Source: a virus. From it: a stretch of DNA of 64,000 nucleotides. The position numbers and the translations under genes are program-made. Under the pieces are notes generated by a model that saw nothing but the letters and a program-made list of their open reading frames with translations, did no database searches and was not told the origin of the DNA. Within the stretch, counting starts at the first letter, position 1; the number at the start of each line of letters is the position of its first letter. The DNA is taken from positions 1-64,000 of the IMG/VR virus record IMGVR_UViG_3300010400_000001. The stretch is one strand, 5' to 3'. This document shows positions 1 through 9,213 of the stretch, in pieces.

Positions 1-151
1 CCTTCGACTCTCTCGGGTGCTGCTCGTACCGCTCTGAAAAGGAGCTATGGGCAGATCTGCGTGACACCATGAAACAAGAGGCCCTAGACCGGCTGAACGA
101 AAGCATCCAGCGGTCGGCCGACATTCTCTCGGAACGTTTCGAGGTGGTCTC

Positions 152-499
152 GTGAGCCTTCCGGACATTCGGATCACGCGCTACCGGATCGCGCCGGAGT
201 ACTTCCGTCCGGCCGGGCGCAGCGCGGCCTGGTATTGGAACTACAGGGTGCACTGCGACGGCACGTGCGACGCGATCTGTCAGCACATGCGAGCGGCGCA
301 AGAGAACCGCGTCATGGGCGCAGCGGGCCCGTACCACGATATCGGCCGCGGACTAGCGGACGCTCGCGACGTCGCGCGCCGGGTTGCACTCCGCGTAGGC
401 GCCACGTGGGTTCGCGAAGACTGGCCCGGCGGAAACTCTTACACGCTCGGCCCCAAAGGGGGCCTTGTGAAAGGGAAGCAACATGTTCAAGGCGTTTAG
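152..499 (+). CDS. hypothetical protein
   Basis: GTG-start ORF co-oriented with the following gene run and overlapping the next gene. Confidence 0.55.
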   Translation: MSLPDIRITRYRIAPEYFRPAGRSAAWYWNYRVHCDGTCDAICQHMRAAQENRVMGAAGPYHDIGRGLADARDVARRVALRVGATWVREDWPGGNSYTLGPKGGLVKGKQHVQGV

Positions 500-791
500 C
501 TCGAACGGATACGTGTACAAGCGCGCCAGGCAGATCGGGAACGATGGCGTCAAGGTGCTCACCTTCGACAAGTCACAATCCGCTGCGCAATTCATTGCCG
601 ATGGGATCGGTCGCGGGGGCCCAGTCTTTGCGCGAGACGACGAACGGGCGGACGTGCCCATCCTGGATAAGAACGGCGAGCTCGAACCGGGAGCCCTGGC
701 GTACCTCGTTTCCGTTCTCTCGAATGACGAGCAGCGCCTACTCGGTCTCTTCGGAGTCGATCTGCAGGCCCTCTTGAGGAACGAACAGTGA
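483..791 (+). CDS. hypothetical protein, paralog of 1860..2189
   Basis: Shares VPIL.K.G...Y.VS.LS.DE.RLL.LFGVDL with 1860..2189; GGGAAG upstream. Confidence 0.75.
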   Translation: MFKAFSSNGYVYKRARQIGNDGVKVLTFDKSQSAAQFIADGIGRGGPVFARDDERADVPILDKNGELEPGALAYLVSVLSNDEQRLLGLFGVDLQALLRNEQ

Positions 792-1144
792 CAACGACAC
801 ACCAACTAGGCTGCCGCCTGTGCGGCGGGACGGCCGGGACGTTCTTCGACGGCGCGCACGCTCTCTGCGCAGCGCGAGCGAAGCGCGGGGCGCCGACTCC
901 GTCACTCGGGGACGTGTGTCCGTGCTGTCACGGAGTAGGCGGGCACACACGGAGCAAGTGCGGTCCCCTGAATCCGAATCAGGACGCGATCGAGCGTTGG
1001 TGCCCGGGCTGCGTAACCTGCGGAGCGACGGGCGCGATCAACGTCGCGGACACGGCAACGCAGCGCGACACGATGACGCGGTACGGACATCGCAAGCCGG
1101 CGCATTGGGCGAAGGACTGCAGGAAACTCGAGGCCTCGCCATGA
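788..1144 (+). CDS. Cys-rich zinc-finger-like protein
   Basis: CRLCGG, CPCCHGVGG and CVTCGATG motifs (CxxCxGxG-like); GTGA overlap. Confidence 0.6.
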   Translation: MTTTHQLGCRLCGGTAGTFFDGAHALCAARAKRGAPTPSLGDVCPCCHGVGGHTRSKCGPLNPNQDAIERWCPGCVTCGATGAINVADTATQRDTMTRYGHRKPAHWAKDCRKLEASP

Positions 1145-1863
1145 CGACCGAGTCAGTGCGCAGTGTCCTCAGGAAGGGCGACGAGGTCATCGCTTACAGC
1201 GATCCCAAGTGGAGAACCGCACTTCTGTCCGGCACGGTGAAAGCCATCGGTCGCGTGAACGTCAAGCTCCGCACGTGCGTGCGCTTCTCGCCAAGCGGTC
1301 CGTGGCACGAACAGGAGCACACAGTTCCTATCAGCGCCATAAGCGTTGCCGCCCGCGGCGAAGAGATCTTGTTCGATCGAAGAAAGGAGGCGTCGAGAAG
1401 ACTCATGAAACGCAAGAACCTAGAAGGTGGCACGGCCGCGATCCGGGAGCTGCCTCCGCCGAGACAGCGCGAGCCCAAGTTGGTGCGCGAGATGAAAAAG
1501 GCGATCGACACTGGGTGGAGCGCCCTAGACCGGCGCTGCGAGCGAAGTACGGACCTGTCAAACCTACTGAGCGCTGCGTTCGATATCGCCGTGACGCAGG
1601 AGCGAGCGCACCGTGGGTTTGGGAGATCCATCGCCCCATCGAGCCCACCCTACAGGCTCTCGCTCGAGTACGCAGCGAAAGCAATCGTCTTGCATCATTT
1701 CTACCAGGGCGCAGCGCCGCCCAAGTCGTGGCAGGACTTCGTCCACGTCAGGCGCGATTGTGCGCTCGCGTACGCGCTCCAGGAAGCTGTCGGCGATCCG
1801 AAACTGCTCGACCTGTGCAAGGCGGCATGGGCGATCGACTACGCGGAGGACATTGCAGGATGA
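1141..1863 (+). CDS. hypothetical protein
   Basis: ATG at 1141 (MTTESVRS) with ATGA overlaps at both ends; GAGG upstream. Confidence 0.65.
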   Translation: MTTESVRSVLRKGDEVIAYSDPKWRTALLSGTVKAIGRVNVKLRTCVRFSPSGPWHEQEHTVPISAISVAARGEEILFDRRKEASRRLMKRKNLEGGTAAIRELPPPRQREPKLVREMKKAIDTGWSALDRRCERSTDLSNLLSAAFDIAVTQERAHRGFGRSIAPSSPPYRLSLEYAAKAIVLHHFYQGAAPPKSWQDFVHVRRDCALAYALQEAVGDPKLLDLCKAAWAIDYAEDIAG

Positions 1864-2189
1864 CCTTCCGAGCCTTCATTCACGGCGAGCGCGAGTATCG
1901 CCGGATCGGCGACAAGCCGGCGAACATTCGCGTGCGCGGCGCCACGCGGCCGAGCTCTGCAGCGTTCTTCGTTGCGGCCTACCACGCGTACGGAGCTGCG
2001 CTCGTCGCTCGAGACGATCAGGTCACGGACGAGGTCCCGATCCTTGGCAAAGGTGGCTGCTTCGCCCGCGGCGGTCGCGATTACGTCGTGTCGCTGCTCT
2101 CAACCGACGAGGAGCGCCTATTGAAGCTCTTCGGCGTGGATCTGCGGCCCGTAGGGGCGCGCACCAAGAAACGGAGTCGCGGAAAGTGA
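1860..2189 (+). CDS. hypothetical protein, paralog of 483..791
   Basis: ATG at 1860 (MTFRAFIHG) in the 1209..2189 frame; GGAGG upstream; paralogy. Confidence 0.75.
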   Translation: MTFRAFIHGEREYRRIGDKPANIRVRGATRPSSAAFFVAAYHAYGAALVARDDQVTDEVPILGKGGCFARGGRDYVVSLLSTDEERLLKLFGVDLRPVGARTKKRSRGK

Positions 2190-2410
2190 AAGAAACGAAC
2201 GATTGGATGCAACGCGAGCTCGCCAAGCAAAAGCGATACGCTCGCAATGAAGTCATCGCCCGATTCGACGACACGATCGGGGCGATGCAGAGGTACATCG
2301 ACGAGTTCCCGGACGGCGAGGAACGAGGGCGCCTCGTCGGGCAGATCCCTGACCTCAGGGACGTGCGCCATCGATTCGAGCTCGCGACCGCGCCGGACGA
2401 CGAGAGCTAA
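2186..2410 (+). CDS. hypothetical protein
   Basis: GTGA overlap with the previous stop; helical sequence. Confidence 0.55.
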   Translation: MKETNDWMQRELAKQKRYARNEVIARFDDTIGAMQRYIDEFPDGEERGRLVGQIPDLRDVRHRFELATAPDDES

Positions 2411-2414
2411 ACCC

Positions 2415-2621
2415 ATGTGCTCGTGCCGTAACACTCACTGCCGCCCAGGAAGGCCGCTCTGCGCGGCCATGCGTGCGCGTTCGGACAAGTACCGAAAGTG
2501 CACCTGCGGCGCCTACCACTACCCGCACCGTCGCGGTTCTGGCCGGTGTGACCACCACCCGGACGCTGCGAGGCGCCAGTGGGAAGCATTCACCGGGACG
2601 TCGTGGGATTCGGCGGCATGA
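2415..2621 (+). CDS. small Cys/His-rich protein
   Basis: CTCGAYHYPHRRGSGRC motif, a type recalled from small phage proteins. Confidence 0.55.
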   Translation: MCSCRNTHCRPGRPLCAAMRARSDKYRKCTCGAYHYPHRRGSGRCDHHPDAARRQWEAFTGTSWDSAA

Positions 2622-2845
2622 TGGCTGACTTTTTCATTCGCAGGACTGGCGCCTGGTGCGTCTTCGAGCCGCTCACGGCGCGGGCCAAGGCTCGCGTGAG
2701 CTGGGGACGAATGCCGGTAGAACTCCGGAGCGGGGCCGCTGCGGATCAGATCGCGTGCCTCATCATCGACGGCTTCGATGTGCGAGGCGAAGGAACGTAT
2801 GCCGGCTACGGCGTCGAAGCGCCGCGCAAGGGGAAAGAAACATGA
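2618..2845 (+). CDS. hypothetical protein
   Basis: ATGA overlaps at both ends. Confidence 0.55.
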   Translation: MMADFFIRRTGAWCVFEPLTARAKARVSWGRMPVELRSGAAADQIACLIIDGFDVRGEGTYAGYGVEAPRKGKET

Positions 2846-4341
2846 CGACAGCAGCTAGAGCGCTAACAATCTCCCTCGAAGGACTCTCTGGGCGCGTGGT
2901 CGCCGTGGATGCTCGCGCGGAGCCTGGCTCCGGAGAGCTCCACATCAAGGGGCATCGCACGGAGGCGGCAGCGAGAGAAACCCGCGTTCGGGTGCTTTCT
3001 GCGCTCGTCCACTGTGGCGAACGCCTCGACGGATTCAACGTCACCGTGTCTCTCGGGCATGCCCCAATGTATGGCGGCGCGCCGTTCGACCTGGCCATCG
3101 CCGTGGCCGTGCTCGCGGCGCTCGGGCGCATCCAGGAAGCAGCGATTCAGGACACGGCGTTTTTGGGCGAGCTATCCCTGTCCGGTGACTTGAATCCGAT
3201 CCGAGGCGTGCTCCCGCTACTTCTTGCGACGAAGAGCGCGATGTTCGACACGGTCATCGTCCCTCTAGCAAACGAAGCGGAAGCCGCGATCGCCGATCGA
3301 CCGACGCTCGCTGCGCGTAACCTCGGCGAGGTCATCGAGCTTCTGAAGGACGCCAGGGAGCCCGGTAGCCCGATCCCGTATCGCGAGCCCGTTCCGGCGC
3401 TTCGCACCGATGCGGACATGAGCGACCTTCGAGGTAACCCGACTGCGCGCCGCGCTGTCGAGATCGCCGCTGCCGGCGGGCACAACATTCTGCTTCTCGG
3501 GCCGCCAGGCGCGGGCAAGACGCTCCTCGCTCGGCAGATCCCAGGGCTCCTTCCCGTGCTCACGAGAGGGGAGCTCTTAGAAGTAACCCAGATCCAAAGC
3601 GTGGCCGGTCTCATCGGCTCGAAGGGCTATGCCGACGTGCGCCCATTCCGAGCGCCGCACCATTCCGTAAGCGAAGCAGGCCTCCTTGGAGGGGGTACCG
3701 CAATGCGCGCGGGCGAAGTGAGCCTCGCGCACAACGGCGTGCTCTTTTTGGATGAGCTGCTCGAGTTTCAGGGTTCGACGCTCGAAAGCCTCGGTAACGT
3801 TCTCCGGCAGGGCGCCGTGACCACGTCGAGGTGCGGCGTCGAGGGCTTCCCTGCGCGGCCCCTTGTCGTTGCCTCCGCCTCGAGCTGCCCATGCGGCGCA
3901 TCGGGCACCGCGCGCCCGTGCAAGTGTTCGACAGCGGTCGTAGGGCGCCACCGAGCAAGACTTCGAGAGCTTCTTTCCATGTTCGATATCCGGGTCACGA
4001 TGCACAGCGTGAGCCCAGCCGAGCTCGTCTCGGATCCCACGGCGGAGACTTCGGACGTCGTGCGCGCCCGCGTGACTCGCGCGCGTGAGCTCCAGGCCGA
4101 GCGTGGTCGGGAGACAGGGCGCGGCTATCTGAACAAGCACGCTGCGCTGAAAGACCTCACGAGAAAGACCCTGTCGGACGCTGCTCGAGGCATCGTCGAA
4201 AAGCTCTTCGATGCGGGGCCCCCGTCTGACGTGACGGCGCTCCTTCGCGTCTCTCGGACGATTGCTGATCTCGACGGCAGTGAAGAGATCACGGCGCCCC
4301 ACATGGTGGAGGCGATTGATCTGCGCACCAGTTCACTTTGA
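2842..4341 (+). CDS. comM: ComM/YifB family Mg-chelatase-like AAA+ ATPase, partly degenerate
   Basis: Lon-like N-terminus (FDLAIAVA, GELSLSG), Walker A GPPGAGKT, FRAPHHS, GEVSLAHNGVLFLDE, CPCG..CKC, RTIADL. Confidence 0.9.
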   Translation: MTTAARALTISLEGLSGRVVAVDARAEPGSGELHIKGHRTEAAARETRVRVLSALVHCGERLDGFNVTVSLGHAPMYGGAPFDLAIAVAVLAALGRIQEAAIQDTAFLGELSLSGDLNPIRGVLPLLLATKSAMFDTVIVPLANEAEAAIADRPTLAARNLGEVIELLKDAREPGSPIPYREPVPALRTDADMSDLRGNPTARRAVEIAAAGGHNILLLGPPGAGKTLLARQIPGLLPVLTRGELLEVTQIQSVAGLIGSKGYADVRPFRAPHHSVSEAGLLGGGTAMRAGEVSLAHNGVLFLDELLEFQGSTLESLGNVLRQGAVTTSRCGVEGFPARPLVVASASSCPCGASGTARPCKCSTAVVGRHRARLRELLSMFDIRVTMHSVSPAELVSDPTAETSDVVRARVTRARELQAERGRETGRGYLNKHAALKDLTRKTLSDAARGIVEKLFDAGPPSDVTALLRVSRTIADLDGSEEITAPHMVEAIDLRTSSL

Positions 4342-4399
4342 GTCCTCGACCGGGGTGGCCGGACCCACTTCCCCCGAAAGCACGCCCCGGTCGGGACTC
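4340..4399 (+). other. long intergenic stem-loop
   Basis: GAGTCC-T-CGACCGGGG pairs with CCCCGGTCG-GGACTC. Confidence 0.5.
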
Positions 4400-4422
4400 T
4401 CCATTCGAAAGGAAACCACCAC

Positions 4423-4872
4423 ATGTCTGCATTGGACGAAGAAATCGAGGCCGTGTTTGCGCAGTTCCGTACGACGCTGCGCTCTGCCCTTCCGGGCGAG
4501 CAAGGCGAGGACGCGGTGCAAGCGTTCGACAGTGCGCTTGCGCTGCAGCAAGAGAGAGCGCGCCGGTGGACGCCTCACGACGGCAACTGGAACATCGCGA
4601 TCCCTGGCGTCTATCAGCACTACAAAGGCGGGCTCTACACCGTCGTGGCAACGCCGCGACACCACGAGAGCAGGCGCCCGTACGTGCTCTACGTCTCGCA
4701 CGAGTACGGAAGCCTCAACGTGCGGCCGCTCGAGGGGCACCCGCTCGATCCGGATGGCTTCGGCGATCTGATCTATCCGGAAGAAAACAAGGTCGGATGC
4801 CGGCGCTTCACGTTCATGGGCGCGGCCGGAGAACGGAAGCTCGCCGAGCTTCTGAGGGAAAAAGGAGAATGA
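4423..4872 (+). CDS. DUF1653-domain protein
   Basis: PGVYQHYKGGLYTVV...HHES...VLY...VRPL signature. Confidence 0.8.
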   Translation: MSALDEEIEAVFAQFRTTLRSALPGEQGEDAVQAFDSALALQQERARRWTPHDGNWNIAIPGVYQHYKGGLYTVVATPRHHESRRPYVLYVSHEYGSLNVRPLEGHPLDPDGFGDLIYPEENKVGCRRFTFMGAAGERKLAELLREKGE

Positions 4873-5231
4873 CGATGGGGTATTCAGCAGAAAAGCTTGC
4901 AGAGATCCGGAAGGAGTTTCCGGACTTCACGGCAGGACCTCCTCCGGAGGAGCCCGTGCACGTGACGCTCACTCGGGTTCTCAAAACGATTCATCGAGAG
5001 GTGATTCTGAAGATGGCAACGGTCTCGGACGGCAACGTCGCCTGGGACGAGGTAGCGGACGAGTTCGTGATGGCCCTCGCCGGTCGCGTCGTCACCATCT
5101 CGGTGAGGGACTACGACCACCTCGTGACGGAGCTTCGGAACACGAAGAAGCTCCTTGCGGAAAGCTCGCGGCTCTGTGAGGAACTCTCGAGAGAGAGGGA
5201 CCTAACGCCTATCGGACCGCGGAGGCGCTGA
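4869..5231 (+). CDS. hypothetical protein
   Basis: AAGGAG upstream, ATGA overlap; C-terminal coiled coil. Confidence 0.6.
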   Translation: MTMGYSAEKLAEIRKEFPDFTAGPPPEEPVHVTLTRVLKTIHREVILKMATVSDGNVAWDEVADEFVMALAGRVVTISVRDYDHLVTELRNTKKLLAESSRLCEELSRERDLTPIGPRRR

Positions 5232-5242
5232 GGGGAAGCACC

Positions 5243-5668
5243 ATGGCCGTTGTCGCAAAGGATGCCGAGCCGGGGAAGATCTACCGGCTGACTCGGGACT
5301 CGGGCTCGACGTACTACAAGATCTGCGACGACGCCTCGGTGCGCCGGCTCGAGAAACGTCTCGGCACTCAGAACCCGAGATTCATGAAGCCCGCAGACAG
5401 GCTCACGCTGCAGGCCCTCGGGCGCTGCCGATCGGAAGGCTACGTCCTTGCCGTACGCGTGCTCCGGTTTCGTACCGAGCATGGTGTGCCGCGGGAGACG
5501 AAAGCCTACGTGGCGTTCCCTCCGGACTACGCCCTCCGAGAGGTCGAAAAGCCGCCGGGATATACCGCTGGAAATAAGAAGCCGAAAAGTGTGGGCACGT
5601 CCCGCGGTGGGCTAAAAAGCCTCGACACGGGCTCGGACGAGTCCGAAGATCCAGGAGAACGTTCATGA
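5243..5668 (+). CDS. hypothetical protein
   Basis: GAGGGG SD; ATG start. Confidence 0.65.
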   Translation: MAVVAKDAEPGKIYRLTRDSGSTYYKICDDASVRRLEKRLGTQNPRFMKPADRLTLQALGRCRSEGYVLAVRVLRFRTEHGVPRETKAYVAFPPDYALREVEKPPGYTAGNKKPKSVGTSRGGLKSLDTGSDESEDPGERS

Positions 5669-5880
5669 CGGTGACGGACGACACGACGTTGCGCGAACTC
5701 CAAGCGTGGCTCGATCAGCATAACGCGAAGCTGCAACTGGCAACTTTGCGCTTCGGCGAGCCGGCGCGGTTCAGCGCGACGCTCAAAATCCCGCAGCTCC
5801 GCACGCACACGGGTAGCGACGACAGTCTGGCTGTCGCGATCAAGCTCGCTCTCGATGCGTACACAGAAAGCACGTACTAA
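5665..5880 (+). CDS. hypothetical protein
   Basis: AGGAG SD; ATGA overlap. Confidence 0.6.
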   Translation: MTVTDDTTLRELQAWLDQHNAKLQLATLRFGEPARFSATLKIPQLRTHTGSDDSLAVAIKLALDAYTESTY

Positions 5881-6413
5881 TGGCTCGCTCGCACATCGCA
5901 GTCCCCGCTGACACGCGACGATTCTCGTGGCGCAGCCCACACGGGAGCGGCGGCTCTTTCGAGCCGAACGGGCGGATGACGCTCGAAGGTCGTCACGACG
6001 ACTTCGAAGAGAACCCCGCCGGCTGGACGAGCAGGCAGCCGATCTACGCTGCCCGCATCTTCGTCGGCTTCAACGTCGGGCCGAAGCCTCGCTGGTCGAT
6101 GTCCGACGTCGTCAAGATCGTAAAGCGCATCCGCAAGGAGCAAGTCGGCTCGCCCGATGCGACGTTCCTCTACCAGCGCGGGCTCTACACGAGCCGGCGT
6201 GACGCTTCGGTCGTCGACGAGAAGGGCGCGCAGATCATCATCCTGAACCTGGCGGGCGCAGGCGTCCGTGAGTTCAGAGCGCAGATGATTGCGCTCGCCG
6301 AGGAGATCGCGACCAAGCTCCGTCAGGAAGAGGTCATCGTCGAGATCCAGCGCGGTGGCCTCTCGAAAGAGACCATCGGTGTCACGCCGGTCTACCGTCC
6401 ACGACGACTATGA
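5880..6413 (+). CDS. SAM-lyase/DUF3574-like protein (tentative)
   Basis: GLY...DEKGAQII...LAEEIATKLRQEEVIV parallels the T3 SAMase pattern GCY...EEKTVRV...ARLACNEWEQDCVLV as recalled. Confidence 0.5.
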   Translation: MARSHIAVPADTRRFSWRSPHGSGGSFEPNGRMTLEGRHDDFEENPAGWTSRQPIYAARIFVGFNVGPKPRWSMSDVVKIVKRIRKEQVGSPDATFLYQRGLYTSRRDASVVDEKGAQIIILNLAGAGVREFRAQMIALAEEIATKLRQEEVIVEIQRGGLSKETIGVTPVYRPRRL

Positions 6414-6751
6414 ATCACTTCCGCAACAGAGGCAGGGGCGGCTCCATGAGCTACTGGGCCTACCTACCCGTGGCGACAGGAGCGCTTCTGTATGTGCTCT
6501 TTCGTGTCGACGAGGCGCGGAATGCGGCGCGCGAGGAGCGCTGGACCCGCGAGCATCGCGCTGTGCGCCGCAGTCGCATCGACGAGGAGTGGGAGCTCGA
6601 GTTTGCAAACGGCCTCGTCGTGAGGTCGGACAGCGGCTACGTTTGGTATTGGTTTCCTTCTGGGAAGAGAGCCCCCCTGGAAGTCGAGTCGCGCGCTGAC
6701 GCTGAATTCGAGCGCCTCGAGCGCCTTGCAAAATGGAGTGAGAGCGAATGA
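6410..6751 (+). CDS. membrane-anchored hypothetical protein
   Basis: Hydrophobic segment YWAYLPVATGALLYVLF; ATGA overlaps. Confidence 0.6.
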   Translation: MNHFRNRGRGGSMSYWAYLPVATGALLYVLFRVDEARNAAREERWTREHRAVRRSRIDEEWELEFANGLVVRSDSGYVWYWFPSGKRAPLEVESRADAEFERLERLAKWSESE

Positions 6752-7278
6752 CACAAACGGTGACGTTGCAGCGCGTCGTCTATCGAGACGACCACACGAG
6801 GTTCTTCATCGACACGGAGTTCTACGAGGACGGCAAGACGATCGACCTCATCTCCCTCGGCGCTGTGTGTTCGGACGGCAGAGCATTCTACCGTGTGAAT
6901 CGTGACGCGAAGCTTCACCTTGTGAACGAATGGGTACGCGAACACGTGCTGCCGCAGCTGCCGCCTTACGGAGATCCGGCATGGGCGCCGCGCGACGAGA
7001 TACGCTTCCACTTCGAGCAGTTTGTGCGCAGCTCCGGTGACGGCCCCTACGAGTTCTGGGGGTACTACGCGGACTACGACTGGGTCGTCCTATGCCAGCT
7101 CTTCGGCACCATGATGCAGCTTCCGAAGGGCTTCCCGATGTACTGCCTGGATCTGAAGCAGCTCTCGCACATGCTCGGTGGCCCTCGGCATTCGAAGCAA
7201 GAGACCGGAGAGCATAACGCGCTCGCGGACGCGAGGTGGAACAAGGAACTCTACGAGTTTTTGCGGGGGCAGACGTGA
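6748..7278 (+). CDS. DEDDh 3'-5' exoribonuclease, Rv2179c/RNase AS-like
   Basis: DTEF, LISLG, WGYYADYDWV.LCQLFG.M..LP, HNALADARW. Confidence 0.9.
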   Translation: MTQTVTLQRVVYRDDHTRFFIDTEFYEDGKTIDLISLGAVCSDGRAFYRVNRDAKLHLVNEWVREHVLPQLPPYGDPAWAPRDEIRFHFEQFVRSSGDGPYEFWGYYADYDWVVLCQLFGTMMQLPKGFPMYCLDLKQLSHMLGGPRHSKQETGEHNALADARWNKELYEFLRGQT

Positions 7279-7469
7279 AGCCAGGCAACGAATCTTCTGC
7301 TGCAAGAAAGGCAGCCGAACATCTCATAGAGACCGGGCAGCTGGTTCCGATCGGGAACGGGCTCTACATGTTCCGACACCGATGCCAGAAGCATCATTGG
7401 TACGGCGGCTCGCCGTGCCCAGGATGTGATGGCCGCCGTCGGCCCACTAGGGCCGGGAGTCGCAAGTGA
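7275..7469 (+). CDS. small Cys/His protein
   Basis: GTGA overlap; CQKH...CPGC. Confidence 0.5.
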   Translation: MKPGNESSAARKAAEHLIETGQLVPIGNGLYMFRHRCQKHHWYGGSPCPGCDGRRRPTRAGSRK

Positions 7470-7708
7470 AGTACGAACCCTCGCATGCGCAGGCCCTTGA
7501 GGAGGCCACGAAGCTTCGGCTTGAGAGGCGCGACATGCTCGCAGCCTGGTTGCTCGCCCGACAACGCGAGGGCGTCCAAGTCGTGCGTTTCGACGACCCG
7601 CATTTGGCGGCTCTGATGAAGCTCTGCACGGAGTCAGAGGAGCAAGTCCTTAAGGCAATCGGCGCAACGGTGAGCAGGCTCAGAAACGGAGACGGTGAGC
7701 GCGAATGA
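7466..7708 (+). CDS. hypothetical protein
   Basis: GGGAG SD; GTGA overlap. Confidence 0.6.
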   Translation: MKYEPSHAQALEEATKLRLERRDMLAAWLLARQREGVQVVRFDDPHLAALMKLCTESEEQVLKAIGATVSRLRNGDGERE

Positions 7709-8019
7709 AGCGCGAGAGTCCGTCGGAGCCCGAGACGAGAACGCCGGCCAGTTCTGACCGGCTGACAGAACGTCTCGCGTTGCTAAAGGTCACGGACCAA
7801 ACGTTTCCGGTATGCGTACGGAGCTGGCATTCGCTTCGTCAGCACCGCGCGGCGCTCCGCAAGATGGCCAGCAAGTATCCGCTCATCATCTCGTTCGGAG
7901 AACTTCGCGTCGTACTCGAGCACCCCGATCAGGTTGACCGGCTCATCGCCGACCTGCGCGCAAAGCTAAAGGCGTGGTGGCTATTCGGGACGGCGACCAG
8001 AGCTGGAGAGCTGCAATGA
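7705..8019 (+). CDS. hypothetical protein
   Basis: ATGA overlaps at both ends. Confidence 0.6.
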   Translation: MKRESPSEPETRTPASSDRLTERLALLKVTDQTFPVCVRSWHSLRQHRAALRKMASKYPLIISFGELRVVLEHPDQVDRLIADLRAKLKAWWLFGTATRAGELQ

Positions 8020-8354
8020 AGCACGAGTCCCCGCCGACTCCCGAGACGAGCGCGCCGGTCGATTCCGACCAACAATGCACGTGCGATCCGGAGGACACGG
8101 GACCGACCGGGCACATGGCCGGGTGCCCGAAGTTGCGAAGAACGCCACCCACAATCGACTGGACCGATTGCCGCGACGACAAGCCAGCGAAGGGTGCCCG
8201 TGTATTGATTGCGCTCGATGACCTGCGCGTGCTTTTCGCGCACCGAGCAGACTTCGCGGGTGTCTGGTACGACGACGCGGGTCGCTTGGTGACGCGACCG
8301 GTTACGCACTGGGCACCAACACCGATGGCTCCGCGAGTTGAGGCGCGCAAATGA
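8016..8354 (+). CDS. DUF551-like phage protein
   Basis: W.DC....P...RVL...W...VTHWAPTP pattern. Confidence 0.65.
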   Translation: MKHESPPTPETSAPVDSDQQCTCDPEDTGPTGHMAGCPKLRRTPPTIDWTDCRDDKPAKGARVLIALDDLRVLFAHRADFAGVWYDDAGRLVTRPVTHWAPTPMAPRVEARK

Positions 8355-8809
8355 AGCAGGACGCGACAGAACTCGACCTGACTACTGCTCACGGGATCGG
8401 CGAAGTTTTGAACGCACGAGGTCCGCTCTGGGAGGACGAGCACAGCGCTCGCATTCCTCAAGTAGCCTACGCTTGGCATCTCGACCGGTACGGGGATTGG
8501 GTTCGAGAAGATGCCGAGGAATACGGGTGCGCACGTGGCGCGATGGTTTTTCAGCGCGACGGTGAAGAGACGTGGCGCGGCCTTGGAAGCGGTGAATTTG
8601 TTACTGCGGAGGACGCTAAGGCGGCTTGCGATGCAGCCCTCGTCGCCCGCGGCTGGTTGCTCGACGAAACCTCGGTGCGTCCAGACCGGGAGACGATTGC
8701 GGTACGTCGCTGCGTTCACGGCGAGGCTCACGACACTTTTTGCGCGGCCTGTGGACTCAAAAACTTCGTTGAGCCCACTAAGCCGGATCAAATGGAGCGG
8801 CGCGAATGA
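8351..8809 (+). CDS. hypothetical protein
   Basis: ATGA overlaps; GAGG SD. Confidence 0.6.
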   Translation: MKQDATELDLTTAHGIGEVLNARGPLWEDEHSARIPQVAYAWHLDRYGDWVREDAEEYGCARGAMVFQRDGEETWRGLGSGEFVTAEDAKAACDAALVARGWLLDETSVRPDRETIAVRRCVHGEAHDTFCAACGLKNFVEPTKPDQMERRE

Positions 8810-9213
8810 GGAATTACCCGCGCGGAAAACTGAACCAGAACGACGAAGGTGAGTTGCAGATTCGTATCGGCGTGCAGGATCGAACCGTCGTCCTCGACTT
8901 TGGCAAGCCGATTCACTGGCTCGGTTTCGACGCTGCTACAGCTCGAGCCGTGGGCGAGAGACTCGTCGCCAGAGCCAACGAAATCACACAACGGTTGCCG
9001 CACGAATATTCGGAGGATAGTTCGCCTATGAAACGAGCGCTGAAGTCGCGCGCCTACACGGAGGCCGCGTCGCTGTTGAACGCTGAGATGAGCGCGGTCG
9101 ATTTGCCTCCGGATCTGTCGGAAGAGGAAGAAAACGAGATGCGCGAATTCATCCGCGACCACATCGTCGGAGAGCTCCGAGCCAAGTCGGAGCGGATACG
9201 GAACCGACGATGA
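8806..9213 (+). CDS. hypothetical phage protein
   Basis: YPRGKLNQNDEGELQI.IG....VVLDFGKPI.WLG motif; GGAG SD. Confidence 0.7.
   Translation: MRNYPRGKLNQNDEGELQIRIGVQDRTVVLDFGKPIHWLGFDAATARAVGERLVARANEITQRLPHEYSEDSSPMKRALKSRAYTEAASLLNAEMSAVDLPPDLSEEEENEMREFIRDHIVGELRAKSERIRNRR

Noticed and set aside
2656-2841. Upstream extension of the ComM ORF, and similar Arg-rich extensions at 820, 1209, 4338 and 38630
   Set aside because: They overlap other plausible genes; downstream starts with SD or ATGA coupling fit better.
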